From assembly GCF_006345805.1 (NCBI RefSeq), contig NC_043009.1, forward strand, positions 5,208,001 to 5,272,000: DNA of 64,000 nt, read 5' to 3'. Origin of the DNA: Octopus sinensis (taxonomy: Eukaryota). The notes under the pieces are model-generated. The model did no database searches. It saw only the letters and a program-made list of their open reading frames with translations, and was not told where the DNA came from. Shown piece by piece: positions 26,552-39,055 of this stretch; positions within the stretch are counted from its first letter, which is position 1; every line of letters begins with the position of its first letter. The position numbers and the translations under genes are program-made.

Positions 26552-29500
26552 TCAGAAGTTGGGCACTATGGCCCACTCAAGTAGAGAGTTATTGTTTACA
26601 GAGACATATCCGGGTGTAGGGGGTTTATCCGGGATTTCTTGAAGGAATCTGTCCAAAGACTTCTTGAACCCAATAGGGTCAGTTTCTGTTTTAATGTGTT
26701 TTGGTGTAATGTTAAAGAGAGCGGGGCCAATTGAGGTGAAATAATTGTGCCGTATTGTTGTTATGAGATGAGAGTGCGATTTTTGTTTTGGGCGGATGGC
26801 ACGGGGCCCAAGCCTTGGATGTACCTTAAAGGTGATGCCAACATCATTTGGGCAATGCTGATGGAATATTTTCCACATCATGCAGATGATGTAGCGCTCA
26901 CGACGACGTTGGAGAGAATAGAGTTTTACCTTTTCTAGCCGACCCCAATAGTCGAGGCCTGTCATGCCATCTATCTTTTTTGTGATTGCCCTTTGAGGTG
27001 CTTCAACTTTTATGATACCTTGTATTGTGTGGGGAGACCACAGTGGACAACAGTATTCAAGGTGGGGTCGGGCAAAAGTGGAGAAGAGAAGGATAATGGT
27101 GTGGATATCTCTCGACTGGAAAGTTCTGAGAATCCAGGAACACATTCTGCGGGCCATGTCAACTTTGGTGTTTATATGAGTGGCCCAGCTTACGTTGTTG
27201 TCCACAATTACTCCCAGTCTCTGATGTTGTTGGACGCCGCGAGAGTTTCACCTGAAGGAAGGGAGTATGGGAGTTTCAGGGCATCCTCTTTTCCAAAGTG
27301 GATTAGCTCAAATTTATCCTCGTTCAGCAGCATATTGTTTTTTTCTGCCCATTGGATAACAGCCAGTAGATCTGACTGAAGGCATGTCCGGTCACTCGCC
27401 TCATTTATGACCTTCTGTAGCTTGGAGTCATCTGCAAAGATTTTTATGTTGCTGTGCTTGATGATGTCATTAATGTCATTAATGTAAATGATGAAAAGAA
27501 GTGGGCCCAGCACAGTGCCTTGCGGAACGCCACTACTGACTTTGGCTGGGCTTGATTTTACCCCTTCAACTACAACATGTTGAGATCTATCTGTCAGGAA
27601 ACACTTAATCCATTTCAGTAACTTTCCAGAGACACCAATGTTGGATAGTTTTTTCAATAGGATCTTGTGATCGACCCTGTCGAAGGCCTTACTGAAATCA
27701 AGGTAGATGACATCGGTGTTGGAGCCCTCTCCCAAAGCTCTCAAAATGTCCTCAAAGTGATGCAGGAGCTGCGTTAGGCAGTCCCTTCCATTACGGAACC
27801 CATGTTGGTTGGAGATCAGCCGTCTGTTGCTTTCCAGAAATTGGGTTATTCGAGATCTCACCACCCTCTCAAATACCTTGATGATATGAGAGGTGAGTGA
27901 GATCGGACGGTAGTTCACTGCAAGGGACTTGCTTCCCTTTTTGAAAACTGGGACAACAGACTGGGACAGAAGGTTTTTTGGAATATAGCCAGCATCCAGT
28001 GAGTTTCTCCACAGATTAGCAAGGGGAGATGCAAGTTGGTGTCGACACACCTTCAGGACACAAGCAGGGAACCTATCGGGGCCTACTGCTGAATTGTGTT
28101 TTATCTCGTTTATCGCCGCTAAGACATTAGGGGCACTAAACGTTATGTCCGATATAGTGTGTTGGGGGTTGACATCACTGATACAGCCCAGATCGGCCAT
28201 ATCAGGATTGCTGAAAACAGAGCAGTATTGTTTCTGCAGTATCTCGGCCATGGATTTGGCATTATCTTGGAGAGTGCCAGTTTCGTCAATTAGAGGGCCT
28301 ACAGTGGAGACAGTGACCCTGCGTTTCCTCGCAAATGAAAAGAACACTTTGGGGTTGAGTTTGATTTTTTCAATGGCCCACTTCTCCTCAGCTGATCTTT
28401 GGTTATTGATGAGGGTCTTCATGCATTATTGGAGGTTATATTTTTTGGATTCAAGCAGTGCGATAGCCGTCGAATGTGTGTTGCTGTTGGCAGTACTTTA
28501 GTTTGTTAATTTTTTTGTTTGTTCTTTTTATTTTTCTGATAATGGTTTTTCTGTTTTGGGGGATTCTGCACTTTTTGTTCACAGGTCTTGGTGGGGAGTG
28601 TTTTGCACATATGTCTGTGACGGTGTCTACAAAGATCTGCCAAGATGTTTTATGGTTGGTGGAGATGTGTGTATGTGTAAAGGACCAGTCAACATTTGAT
28701 AGCTCGTTCCTGATTGCATCCCAGTTGGCTTTATGGAGATCCATGTTGTCAAATGGGTGGGCTGGAGGAAGGTCACTAGGATTAGCTTTCGGCTGGTGGA
28801 ATTTCATGTTACAGAGAACCATGTCATGGTCTGAAAGAAGGGTTTTTTCCACTGTAACGTTATGTATAGTGTTAGTGTGGTTACTAAACACTAGGTCCAA
28901 AATGTTCTGATGTCTTGTTGGTGCAAGGACAAGTTGGGACAAGAAAAACTCATTCGTAAAGTCGAAAAGTGCCTCTGCTGCTTCTTTGTCAGCGGTTGAG
29001 GCGGGAGTGCTTGGTTTCAAAGAGTTTGTAGTCCAGTCAACACAGGGTAGATTGAAGTCTCCCATCATGAGTATGTTGCTAGAATGGCACTGTTGAATAA
29101 AGCACTTAATGCTGTTGAGGCATTCTTTAAAGCACAGTATGGGTGTTTGGGGCGGCCTATAGAGCCCAATTACTGTCAGGTCATTGGCTTTGTTGTGCAC
29201 GGTGACTGATTCACAGTAGCCATTGGAGAATATACTATTTCCATCTGCCGTAAATGAATCATGCAGGAAAATGGCAGTTCCGCCCTTCCTCCTGCCGATA
29301 CGATCCGCGCGGATGGTTGTGAAATTCTTCACTCTCACTTCGGCTTCCAAGTGGGAGTTGTCAAGGTGGGTCTCAGTGAGAATGAAGAAAGGGATGTGGT
29401 GTGAATGGTTACCAACCCAGTCTTCAATGAATTGGACCTTCCATTTTTGTGCATTGATGGAAGGGCTGACACCTTGTGCATTGAGTAGGAATGTGGAGGT

Positions 29501-29680
29501 TAGTGTAGTGGCTGGTTTTGACTGTTGCAGGGAGCTTGGATTTTTTGTGTGTGTTAGTGGCAGCAATGTGGGGAATTGGTGCACTGGGGTAATAGCATAG
29601 GATGGTGTTGAGTGATGGCTAGAATGTTTTTGTGTATCTCTTTTGCCATGTTCAACATGGCTAAAAAAGAATTTTCCTGC
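26552..29680 (-). pseudogene. LINE ORF2: APE endonuclease + reverse transcriptase, disrupted
   Basis: APE motifs LLNAQG, LTETHL, IGLYRPP, MGDFN, ILDLVF, SDHD; RT motifs NYRPISLTS, QHGFR, LDFSKAFD, GVPQGTVLGP, FADD. Lesions: frameshift ~28475, in-frame TAA just before 28422, 1-nt deletion at ~27213 (RDLGV broken). Confidence 0.93.
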
Positions 29681-30782
29681 TTAGGGAGCAGTTTTTGGCT
29701 GGAGGTGTGGTTGCACTGTTGGATAGGGTTGTAGTTTCCACTTTTGTTGTTGTTGTTTTTGTGTCTTCCTGAAAAGACTGGACCAGCATTACTGCAGCAT
29801 GGTGTGTTTCTATTTTTATTGTTATTCAGGTTTGTGTGTTGGCTTGAGGCCCCGTTTCTGTTTGTGCGTCGGGTCCCTGGAAGATGAGTGAAGGGACAGT
29901 CACTCAGTAGACATGTTCTCTCACGTTGGGAATACTGGCAGATTTTGGGACTCCGAGTTGTGTGTGTTTTGAATTTCGATTTACTATTTGGTGGTGTTGA
30001 TGTTATTGTGGGATGCGTGCTTTGGCCTTGGCCGGTAGTGCGTCTAGTGCCGGGTAGATGCGTGAAGATGCAGTCACTATTTGTGCAGAGTCTCTGGCGC
30101 AGTGAATAGCGGCATATTTGGGGATTTCTTGTTTGTGCCGTGGGGGGCGCATTCTGCTTCCTATGTTTCTTTAAGTTTTTGTTACTGCAGTAGTATTGAG
30201 GTGGTGATGTGGGGGAGAGGGCAGTGGTTTCTTATTTGGTTTTCTGTCGGTATTTTTGGTGATAGAAGACGATGGTGGCAGCGGTGGTGATGATGATGAT
30301 GATAATTGTGGTGGTTGCTGTGAGAGCGGTGAAAAGATACTGGCATTTAGTGAATCGTCTAGTAAGCTAGAGTTGAGGAGTGGCTGTTGTTGTTCTTGTT
30401 GCTGTGGCTGTTGTTGTTGTTGTTGTGCCTGACCGATGTCAGGGTCAGCCATTGTGCTGGGAACCAGGAGTGGCTCATTCTGTTGTTGTTGTTGTTGTGG
30501 CTGCTGATTTTCTAGCTGTTGTTGTTCTTGAACTGTGAAAATATGTAGAAGCTTTTCATAATGGCCTCTTATCAGTTTGAAAGATACTTCGATATGTTTC
30601 AACTTGCTACGAATCTGTTTGACGGATCGTGTGTTGACCACTTGTGATGTTTTTTCGGCAATCTCATTCAAACACAAGACATTTAGATTTTCTGTTTGGG
30701 AAAGAGAGAGCCATGTGTTTATTAAAACATCAATTTCGTTATCAGACCAATTTCGTCTGTTGCAGGCCTGCAAGTTAGTCAT
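29554..30782 (-). CDS. LINE ORF1 (~409 aa if one frameshift is repaired): Myb/SANT-like domain, polyQ/P/S linker, two CCCH zinc fingers
   Basis: Track ORF 30171-30782 gives RRNWSDNEIDVLINTW...EIAEK...RSVKQIRSKLKHI. The -1 frame, open from 30231 to TAA at 29554-29556 (hand translated), contains CRYSLRQRLCTNSDCIFTH and CQYSQRERTCLLSDCPFTH. Confidence 0.75.
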
Positions 30783-31189
30783 GTTTGTTTTTCTTTTGTT
30801 TGTTTTCCTTTTGATTTTTGAAAATATATATATTCTTTCTTGGGAGTTAAAGAAGTGTATATATATATAAATGTTCTCTCTTAAGGGTGTGAGTTTTTGA
30901 TTATTTGGTTGTTTGAGGATATTAAAAGAAAAACAGTTGTATATAACAATTTGTAGTTAAATGAAAACGTACTTACGGGTTTGTAGGGAAACACGTGGTT
31001 ACAAATATATATATATATTTAAGGTCAGTTAGTTTTGAAGCTGTGTAGCTTGCTACTGACTTGGGAGAGAAACAAATAGACGTCCGTCCACTTCAACAGT
31101 TAATCCACATATATGTATGTATGTATGTATTACCTATGTATATTTATATGTATTTTACATCATTTTATAGTTTGAACATTTATCTATGT

Positions 31190-31920
31190 TTATGCATAAT
31201 CGCCATTTCGGTCGATGCATATTTGTAGGTGCTGGGGCAGTTGAGGAAGCGGACAGCCTCATCTTTCGCTCCATCGTCGTTGCTGAAGTGCGTTCCGGTC
31301 AAATGTTCTTTGAATTTAGGGAACATGTGGTTATCACTGGGTGCGAAGTCCGGATAATAAGGTGGGTTGCCGTTTATGGTCTTCCGTGAGTGTACGTGGA
31401 ACCCATCTTGCGCACAATTTCCGATATTGCAACTTTTCACTCAAAACCTTATGAATGGTGCTTCGGGATATCTCAGGAACCAAAATGCAGAGATCATCGA
31501 GAGTGGTCCGTTGATATTTACCCAGGATTTGCTCAACCTCCGCGACTGTCTCCTCGGAAATTAATGGTCGCTCGCTTCTTTCTTAGTCATGAATTTCCGT
31601 ACGACCAGCTGCAAACTCCCTACACCATTTGCGGATGTTTTTGACATACATGGACGACGCTCACTACACGTCCGTTAATTGGCGATGAATTTCAATCGGT
31701 GTAATGCTTTTTGCGTTAAAAAATCGAAAAAGTACACGAACTTCACACTTGGCGGTAGGGTTAATCGGGAGCTCCATCAGATACAACTGTGAAGCCAAGT
31801 CTGAAAAAGGCAGGCGCATGTACTGGCACAACAACTCCATCAGTGTTGCCAATAGCCACATGCACAGTCTCCCTGAGTTCCCAGTGCTTTGGAGACCTTA
31901 CTTTAGGGATTACCCTCGTA
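31190..31920 (-). mobile_element. Internally deleted mariner (Tc1/mariner) relic
   Basis: Left end TA-TACGAGGGTAATCCCTAAAGTAAGGTCT at ~31922; N-terminus KCEVRVLFRFFNAK..PIEIHRQL, ARWVP motif, PYYPDFAPSD (cf. YSPDLAPSD); right TIR not found. Confidence 0.9.
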
Positions 31921-33351
31921 TATGTGAGTGCATGAATATATATGTATGAATAAATGTGACAATAATGCCAAATTGCCCTAACGAGCTATTTGCATCCGTA
32001 TACCTCTAAAAATCGTCTTGTTGAATTTTCTGACATAAACATATATACACATATATCATATCCTGCGTTGTATGCTGTTATTCATTTTCAGATGTATTTA
32101 TTGTGTTCTGAGTTTCCTTTCTGACCCTCTGTCTACTTGCAAAAGCTGGTTTGTACCCATACAGAGACCAAGCAAATATCAAACTACTTACACTCACGCG
32201 CGTACATTTACAGACGTATGCTTGCACATATGTATGCGCACAGAGACACGCAGGCACATGTGTGTGTGTATTGTTCATGTATGAATGCATGCATGTGTGT
32301 GAGTGGGTAAAGAAACTACCGCGCTCTGAAATATTTCCAGTATATTATTTATGATTTAACAGTTCACCATGAAACTCATCCATCAAAGACATAAACCATT
32401 CGTATTAAAATATTAGCTTAATTAAATTTATAGAAACGTACGTATTAAAGGTTATAATCACCATACCTCTGACAAATATTTTTACTGATTTTCTGTATTC
32501 ATATATTCTGAAAGCCAGACATATTTGCGAGCCTGTATTGATAATGAGATGCCTAGATTATAATGAGTTTTGTGATTAGAGTTTGGTGCTGTAGAATAAA
32601 CATGTTCGTTAACATGGCAATGGTACGGTTTGGAAATTCCGAAGTCTCTACTAAAAGAGAATGTCTGCAATTTAATCATCATATGAAATCTCCTGTTAAT
32701 GATTCTACTGCTTCTATTCCTACCTTTTAAATAGAAAGAACATATTAATGAACTTTTATCTATACATGAAGATTTTCATCGAAAACATGGCGGTAGTAGC
32801 GCTGGGAGATCTTACAAAATTACCTGTGTTGATGTTGATAGCATAAATGGACCTCCAAAAGGAGATTACAAAGCGTACGATGTTTCCATTAGAAACCGAG
32901 ATAAGTCGCATGGCTTCCTTTTGTCCGATAGATATTTGTAGAAAGGGATTACTGGTAGGATTATCAATAGCTTGCTTTCATTCTTTCTTTATCTTATTTC
33001 TTTTGCAATACACATTGTTATTTGTTCAGCGGTATTTGTTCTTTTTTCATATTTTGTTTATTTAATGCTATTTTCTACATCCTTAATTATATATTGCTGA
33101 CGATGTTTCCATTTCATTTATAATTTTTCTACCATTGTATCTACGTCTATTTCTAAGTGTATATATGTGAGTGTGTGTTGTGTTGTGTGTGTGTGTGTGT
33201 ATGTGTGTGTAGGTTTGCGTGTGTTTATATATGCGAAAATGGATTATTATTATCATTCGGAGAATTGATGTATATTAGCTTGTCTGTGGAGCCATATTGA
33301 CGAATAATCATTATTTTTGCCCCTCCATTACTCAGCTTATGCAAATACATA

Positions 33352-33405
<54 letters not shown>

Positions 33406-33500
33406 GTATATATGTGTGTGTATTTGCGTGTGTATGTTTGTGTGATTGTATATATATGTACATATATACACATACATATATTCATACATATGTTTATATA

Positions 33501-33547
<47 letters not shown>

Positions 33548-34559
33548 GTGTGTATGGGAAGTATTTACTTTAAACAGCCCACTCTAATTGTTATATTAGA
33601 TGCAGAATATCTCCGTGTCATGAACTATCAAACTTCTGCTGTCGTTTGGTTGGAGTGGAGGATAGACAAATTAATATAGGCGCAATATTGCAGCCATATA
33701 ATTATGCTGTAAATACATATATATTTATTTATCTAAGTATGCATGGTTGTATGAATGCATGTCCGCTTATATCTGTCACACCACTCTCTAGCTATCTGTT
33801 TTCCTATCTATATCTATTTATACATAGAGAGAGAGAGAATGTGTGTGCGAGCCCATGTATGTAATTTAAAAACTTGCCAAAGCTATCAACAAAAACACTT
33901 CATAATGATTTGATTGGGGAACGTTTCTCGTCACAGCATCTAAATAAATAATATAATACCCTACAATCTCAATATGGAATTCGATTGAAGCTATTTCAAA
34001 TGAGATATATGTGTCTGCATATGTTAATGCGTGATTGTGTGTATGGGTGTGTGAGAGAGTGTATGTGTGTTAGTGTTAATGTGTGTATGTATGTGGAGTT
34101 AGTGTATGTGTGCGTTTGAAAATGTTAGGGAAAATGTTCGAATTGCTGTTGTGCGATAAAATGAAAAGCATCTAGTATACTTCCACAAACTCTCAAGCGG
34201 TTGCCGTCCCGATTTCGAGTTCTTACCAAGAAATGCTCATTCGAAAATATGATCAGTAGCATGGATGTGCAAAGGCTATAATACCTTTGACGAGAATCTT
34301 GGATACAAGAGCATAACTTTGTACTGTAAGTGAAAATTAAAAGACTATATGTACGGGAAATAAATAGAATCCTTCGATGTAGACGAAAACCTGTTAATTC
34401 ATGACGAAGTTGAACATCTTTACATTTCATCCCCTTAATATATAACTGCATGTGGATTGTTGGGGATTTTTACCCCAGTCTTCCTTTTCTCTTGGACATT
34501 CCTCTGTCTCTTGTTTTTGAAGAAGAGCATTGCTTCCTTTCCTTTCCTTCTTTTCGTTC

Positions 34560-34900
34560 CCTGAGAGTCTTTTAATACATTGCATGTTGGAGACTGACTG
34601 GGTGAACAATGCCTGTCATCGCCACAGATGGAGGAAGCAGGTTAAGGAGGGGATTGACACTTTTGAGAGAGCACGTATCCAGCATGAAGAACTTAGGCGG
34701 GCTGCGCGAAAGCGCACGGCTCGTATAGTGAATGGGGAAAGCTTGGTCTGCAATGTTTGCAGTCGTGTATGCTTGTCAAGAGCAGGGCTCATTAGCCACC
34801 AACGTAGCCGCAAATGCAAAATATAAGTTAGTCCTAGAGCGCACAATGTTCCTGAAGGTCGGCAATGGTCTTCCTTGGTCACGAGTGGACGGCCATCATC
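34560..34900 (+). mobile_element. RTE (BovB-like) LINE 3' fragment
   Basis: WRKQVKEGIDTFERAR...RRAARK...CNVCSRVCLSRAGLISHQR is the typical RTE ORF C-terminus with a C2H2-like motif; short 3' UTR ending CATCATCAT. Confidence 0.88.
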
Positions 34901-36420
34901 ATATATATATATATATGCAAGTGTGTGTGTGATAATATATAATGATATCATTATTAATAAAAATAATAATATAAGTGGCTAGCAAGCATAGAGTAACCAA
35001 ATGGGTAAAGTTATTAATTTATTTTCAAAGTACAAGATAGTACACATGTCCTCAAATGCACCAGTGTTTATATAAGTGATTTACTGTGGTTCTTGGGGCG
35101 TTTGGTTCCCATTTCTAGCAATACTGTATACTATGTTGTACAGCAAGTTTCATCAGCAGTGCAAGAACATCGAGAATCTTTCGTAATGTTAACATACCGG
35201 TGTTCATATAACGCAGATCTTCCAACCAAACATGAAAGAAACATGTCCTCTTGCACACACATTCACACACACACACATTCACGCACACACACGTACACAC
35301 ACACACACACACACATACACACACACACTCTCTCTCTCTCTCTCTCTATGTATCTCTCTCTCTTTCCCCATCTCTCTGTCACACATACATACATACATAC
35401 AAATACCACGAAGAAAAAGTAGTCACTTCTTGACACTCAGAAAATAAGAATAAAAAAAATGCAGATATGCTTAAATATGTGCAACGATAAGAAATGAAAG
35501 AATGCCAAATGTCATCCTCCTACAAAATTCAACACACGCCAACATTATATGTTATTCGTGTACTAAAGGAAGAAATATGACTGCCTAAAAGAAATAAGTT
35601 TAAGTTTGACTAGGCCACTAACACCTCGGCCATTTCGGGTTCTGGTGAACACCAAGCAGTTTTACTAAACGAAGCATCGTCTATTTGCAACAATACTTAT
35701 GCTGACTGCCCAATGCATTTCAACATACAGTCTATGTACTATTATTATACTTAATATCACTGAACTAGTGATTGCATTACAAGCAACAACAATTTTTACG
35801 GATAATTGTATGTATGTGTTTGAATGTGAGTGTGTATATATATATACATACATACATATATGTATACATATATGTCTGTATGCATGTATGCATATATGTA
35901 TGTATATATATACAAGCGTATATACATTAAATATTGACAAATATAAGTTTGTACAAAAGTGTGCGTGTACACATATATTTATGTGTTCGTATGATGGTTT
36001 GTGTAACTTGATAGATAGATACATATACATTTATATAATTATATATCTACGTTATATTTATTCAGCTAAATTCTCTGGACAATTTTAAAACCTCCTTTGA
36101 TGAAGCTGACGTTAAGCTGGAATTATATCGCAAAACTCTTTTAACCTAAATGTGTTAACCCATGCATATGGCATCGATATGTTGTAGACAGTATGGCGTC
36201 ATACATCGAAGTAATATAAGCTGTTATCTCTTTTCTACGACAGAAAAATACATAATTACACACACATATATACATATATTCGCTGAGGTTTCTGTTTCTC
36301 ACCGCAGATTTTTCTCTCTGTAGCTTACTATGATATGCGTTCTCACACATTCTCTCTGTTGCCATATCTCATTTTCCTATATCCATCTCTTCAGACTCTC
36401 TCTCACACTCGCTCTCTCTA

Positions 36421-36523
<103 letters not shown>

Positions 36524-36762
36524 GTGTATATCTACCTCTATCGATTCACATTCACATATTAATACATACATATATGTGTGCGTGTTCGGGTGTACATACA
36601 TAGGCACACACCCACAGACACATATATATATATATATACACAGAGATATATACATTTATGCGTGTATATATATGTGTATTTATATATAAATATGTATGTA
36701 TACATGTATATATATATATGCATATATACATATATTTATATATATATACATACATATGTATA

Positions 36763-36836
<74 letters not shown>

Positions 36837-37569
36837 TATGTATGTATATGTATGTATCACCCTCTCGTGTGTTCGTGTTACTTCGAAATTTTATTTACTT
36901 CGCATTTTATATTCTCTCTCCTTCCCCAGCTTCTCCCTGGAATATTCAACTCCTGACCATGTCTATTTAAGGTCGGTCATGAATCTTATTCTCGTGGACT
37001 AACCTATTATGAGGTGTTGTTATGTGAACTATAAAAACAGTGAAATATTGTAAAATATAAATGGACATTTTTTTCAACGTTTTGTTTGATTATATTGTTG
37101 ATATTTTTCGAATTGTAACACGTTGTTATTTCTCAGTTGTGTTGAGGATAAAACAGCTTAACGTAGATTCGCATATGACATGCATTGTCTCCATCAAGAT
37201 TATAAAATAATATCAAGGTCTTTACTTAGGTTGTCAGTTTTATAATATGAAACAAAATGCAAACGATTATAAAGAATATGATATATACATTGTAGGGAGG
37301 TTCGGCAATTCAGAATAAAAATTGGGTCCAAAATATTATCATAACCCTGAGGATAAAACTGCATGTTTCCCCCTTTTTTTGTCTCTTAAAGTTTGACATT
37401 ATTAATATTATAGACGTTATCGAATTTCATTTTCAATTATATCACTTATCATTTAAACATCGTAAGTGTTTTCATCAACTTATCTTTCAAAATGATAATT
37501 AAATAATGAAATACAATATGTATTTCCGTATATGTATATATATATATATTTATGCTTAAATCCTTTAAA

Positions 37570-38350
37570 ATGCTTCAGTCCGAAAGCTGCAGTCATGCTG
37601 GGGCACCACCTTTGATTGATATGTGGCACTTGGTCAACAAGGGTGTTCGACGCCGCTGCCCGCATCTGTGTTTCCTGCTGAGAGGTAAGTACATCTGGAA
37701 CCCCTGACATGTAGAGATCGAGTTTAGTTTTAAAGAAACAAACATCTACACCATGCAGGTCTCTCAGGCATTTAGGAAGAATATTGAAAAGCTGGCGTCT
37801 CCTGAAACCCAAGCTGTTTCAGTATCTTGTCCTGTATTTTGATGGTAATGTTGAAATCTTTGGCACCATACACGACGCCCCGTTCTGCTGTTGGGGTAAT
37901 TTCCAATGCCAACATTTAGAACAAGGCCCTCCAGGATTTTCCAGATGTATATCACTTCATTTCTCTGCCGCCTTCGCTCCAGGGAGAAGAATTTTAATAC
38001 TTTCAGTCTTTCCCAGTAGCTGATATGTTGCATTGAGACGATCTTCTTAGTGTAGCTTCGTTGGATTGCTTCGAGTTCTGCTGTTAACTTTATATTGTGT
38101 GGTGACCATAGTTGAGAGCAGTAGTCCAAGCGGCTGAGGACGAATGTCTTCCAAAGGACCATCAGTACCTCCTTCTCTCTAGTTCTGAAAGTTCAGCGGA
38201 TCCATCCAGCTATCCGTCTGTGTTTTTCTTTATCAAATTGGCAATATCCACTTGGAAAGAGGCATCATTGTTCATGTCAGTGCCCAGGCCACGCACTGAT
38301 TTTGACTCAGCATTTGCAATTCATCCCGGGCCAGTGTATCCAGTCTGCAT
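37570..38350 (-). mobile_element. CR1/L2-group LINE 3' fragment
   Basis: FVLSRLDYCSQLWSP, ISYWERLK..FSLERRR, LFNILPK, FKTKLDLY...PD; upstream broken SVRGLG motif. Confidence 0.9.
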
Positions 38351-38749
38351 GTCAATATTAGTACTTGCATAACTAGCCCTTAAGTCCTTTAACTAAACCA
38401 TTGGCTACAATGGCCAATGGAACAATCATTCCAACTTAGAGAAAATAAAATAAAACGCTCAGAATAAATAGGACAATATCCACCATCCACATATACAATT
38501 TTATTTTTAGCTGTACTTCTCATAGTAATGCTCATTACAGTGAAACAATGACTTTGTGATTCAGTTCATCATATGATCAAAGTGGGAGAATCGTTTGAAG
38601 TAGAACTATTTCGACGTTATAAAATATGCATTTTCTCTCACGTAATGTTTTTAATCAAGACGTTCGAAGACAGCTGTTGGTGTTTAAATTAAATCATCTT
38701 CGATATCACACAACAACTATTTCTCACATTACAATATGATTCCGCAGAG

Positions 38750-38950
38750 ACACTTGCAGCAGAATATAATGCTTAGCGGCATTTCGTCTGTTTCTACATT
38801 CTGTGTTCAAATTCCATTGGGGTTGATTTTTTCACCTCATCCTTTCCGGGTTGATAAAATAAGGACAATTTTAAAACTAGGGTCGATGTAATCGTCTTTT
38901 CCCGTTTCCTGAAATTAGTGGCCACGTGGCAAAATTTGAAACATCCATTA
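38750..38950 (+). mobile_element. Degenerate SINE family A
   Basis: GCATTTCGTCTG...GTTCAAATTCC...CATCCTTTCCGGGTTGATAAAATAAG. Confidence 0.7.
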
Positions 38951-38963
38951 TACCCAAAATTTA

Positions 38964-39055
38964 CATTATTTATATTTGACGGGTATTTGTCCTCGTCTTA
39001 TTTGTTGTTAACAGAACGTTTCGGCTGATATACCCTCTGTCAAATATAAATAATG
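38964..39055 (-). mobile_element. Penelope-like terminal repeat relic bounded by a perfect 17-bp inverted repeat
   Basis: CATTATTTATATTTGAC (38964-38980) / GTCAAATATAAATAATG (39039-39055); minus strand has CAGCC-GAAAC-GTT, the 3' half of a hammerhead-type motif. The PLE assignment is inference. Confidence 0.55.

Larger units (their letters stand above)
26462..31100 (-). mobile_element. Near full-length CR1/L2-group LINE (5' UTR, ORF1, APE-RT ORF2, short 3' UTR ending in two TCAAAGTATT units)
   Basis: Colinear ORF1, APE endonuclease, RT and C-terminal domain; 5' boundary approximate; both flanks are TA/TG microsatellite; no TSD found. Confidence 0.95.

Noticed and set aside
30173-30231. Programmed frameshift between the two halves of ORF1
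   Set aside because: No X-XXY-YYZ heptamer in phase; adding one A to the A5 run restores the frame, so a deletion or sequencing error is simpler.
36095-36135. TTGATGA-AGCT...AGCT-GGAA hammerhead-like motif (also lone CTGATGA at 39245, 52691, 58863)
   Set aside because: Core substitutions or missing GAAA and no supporting stems.
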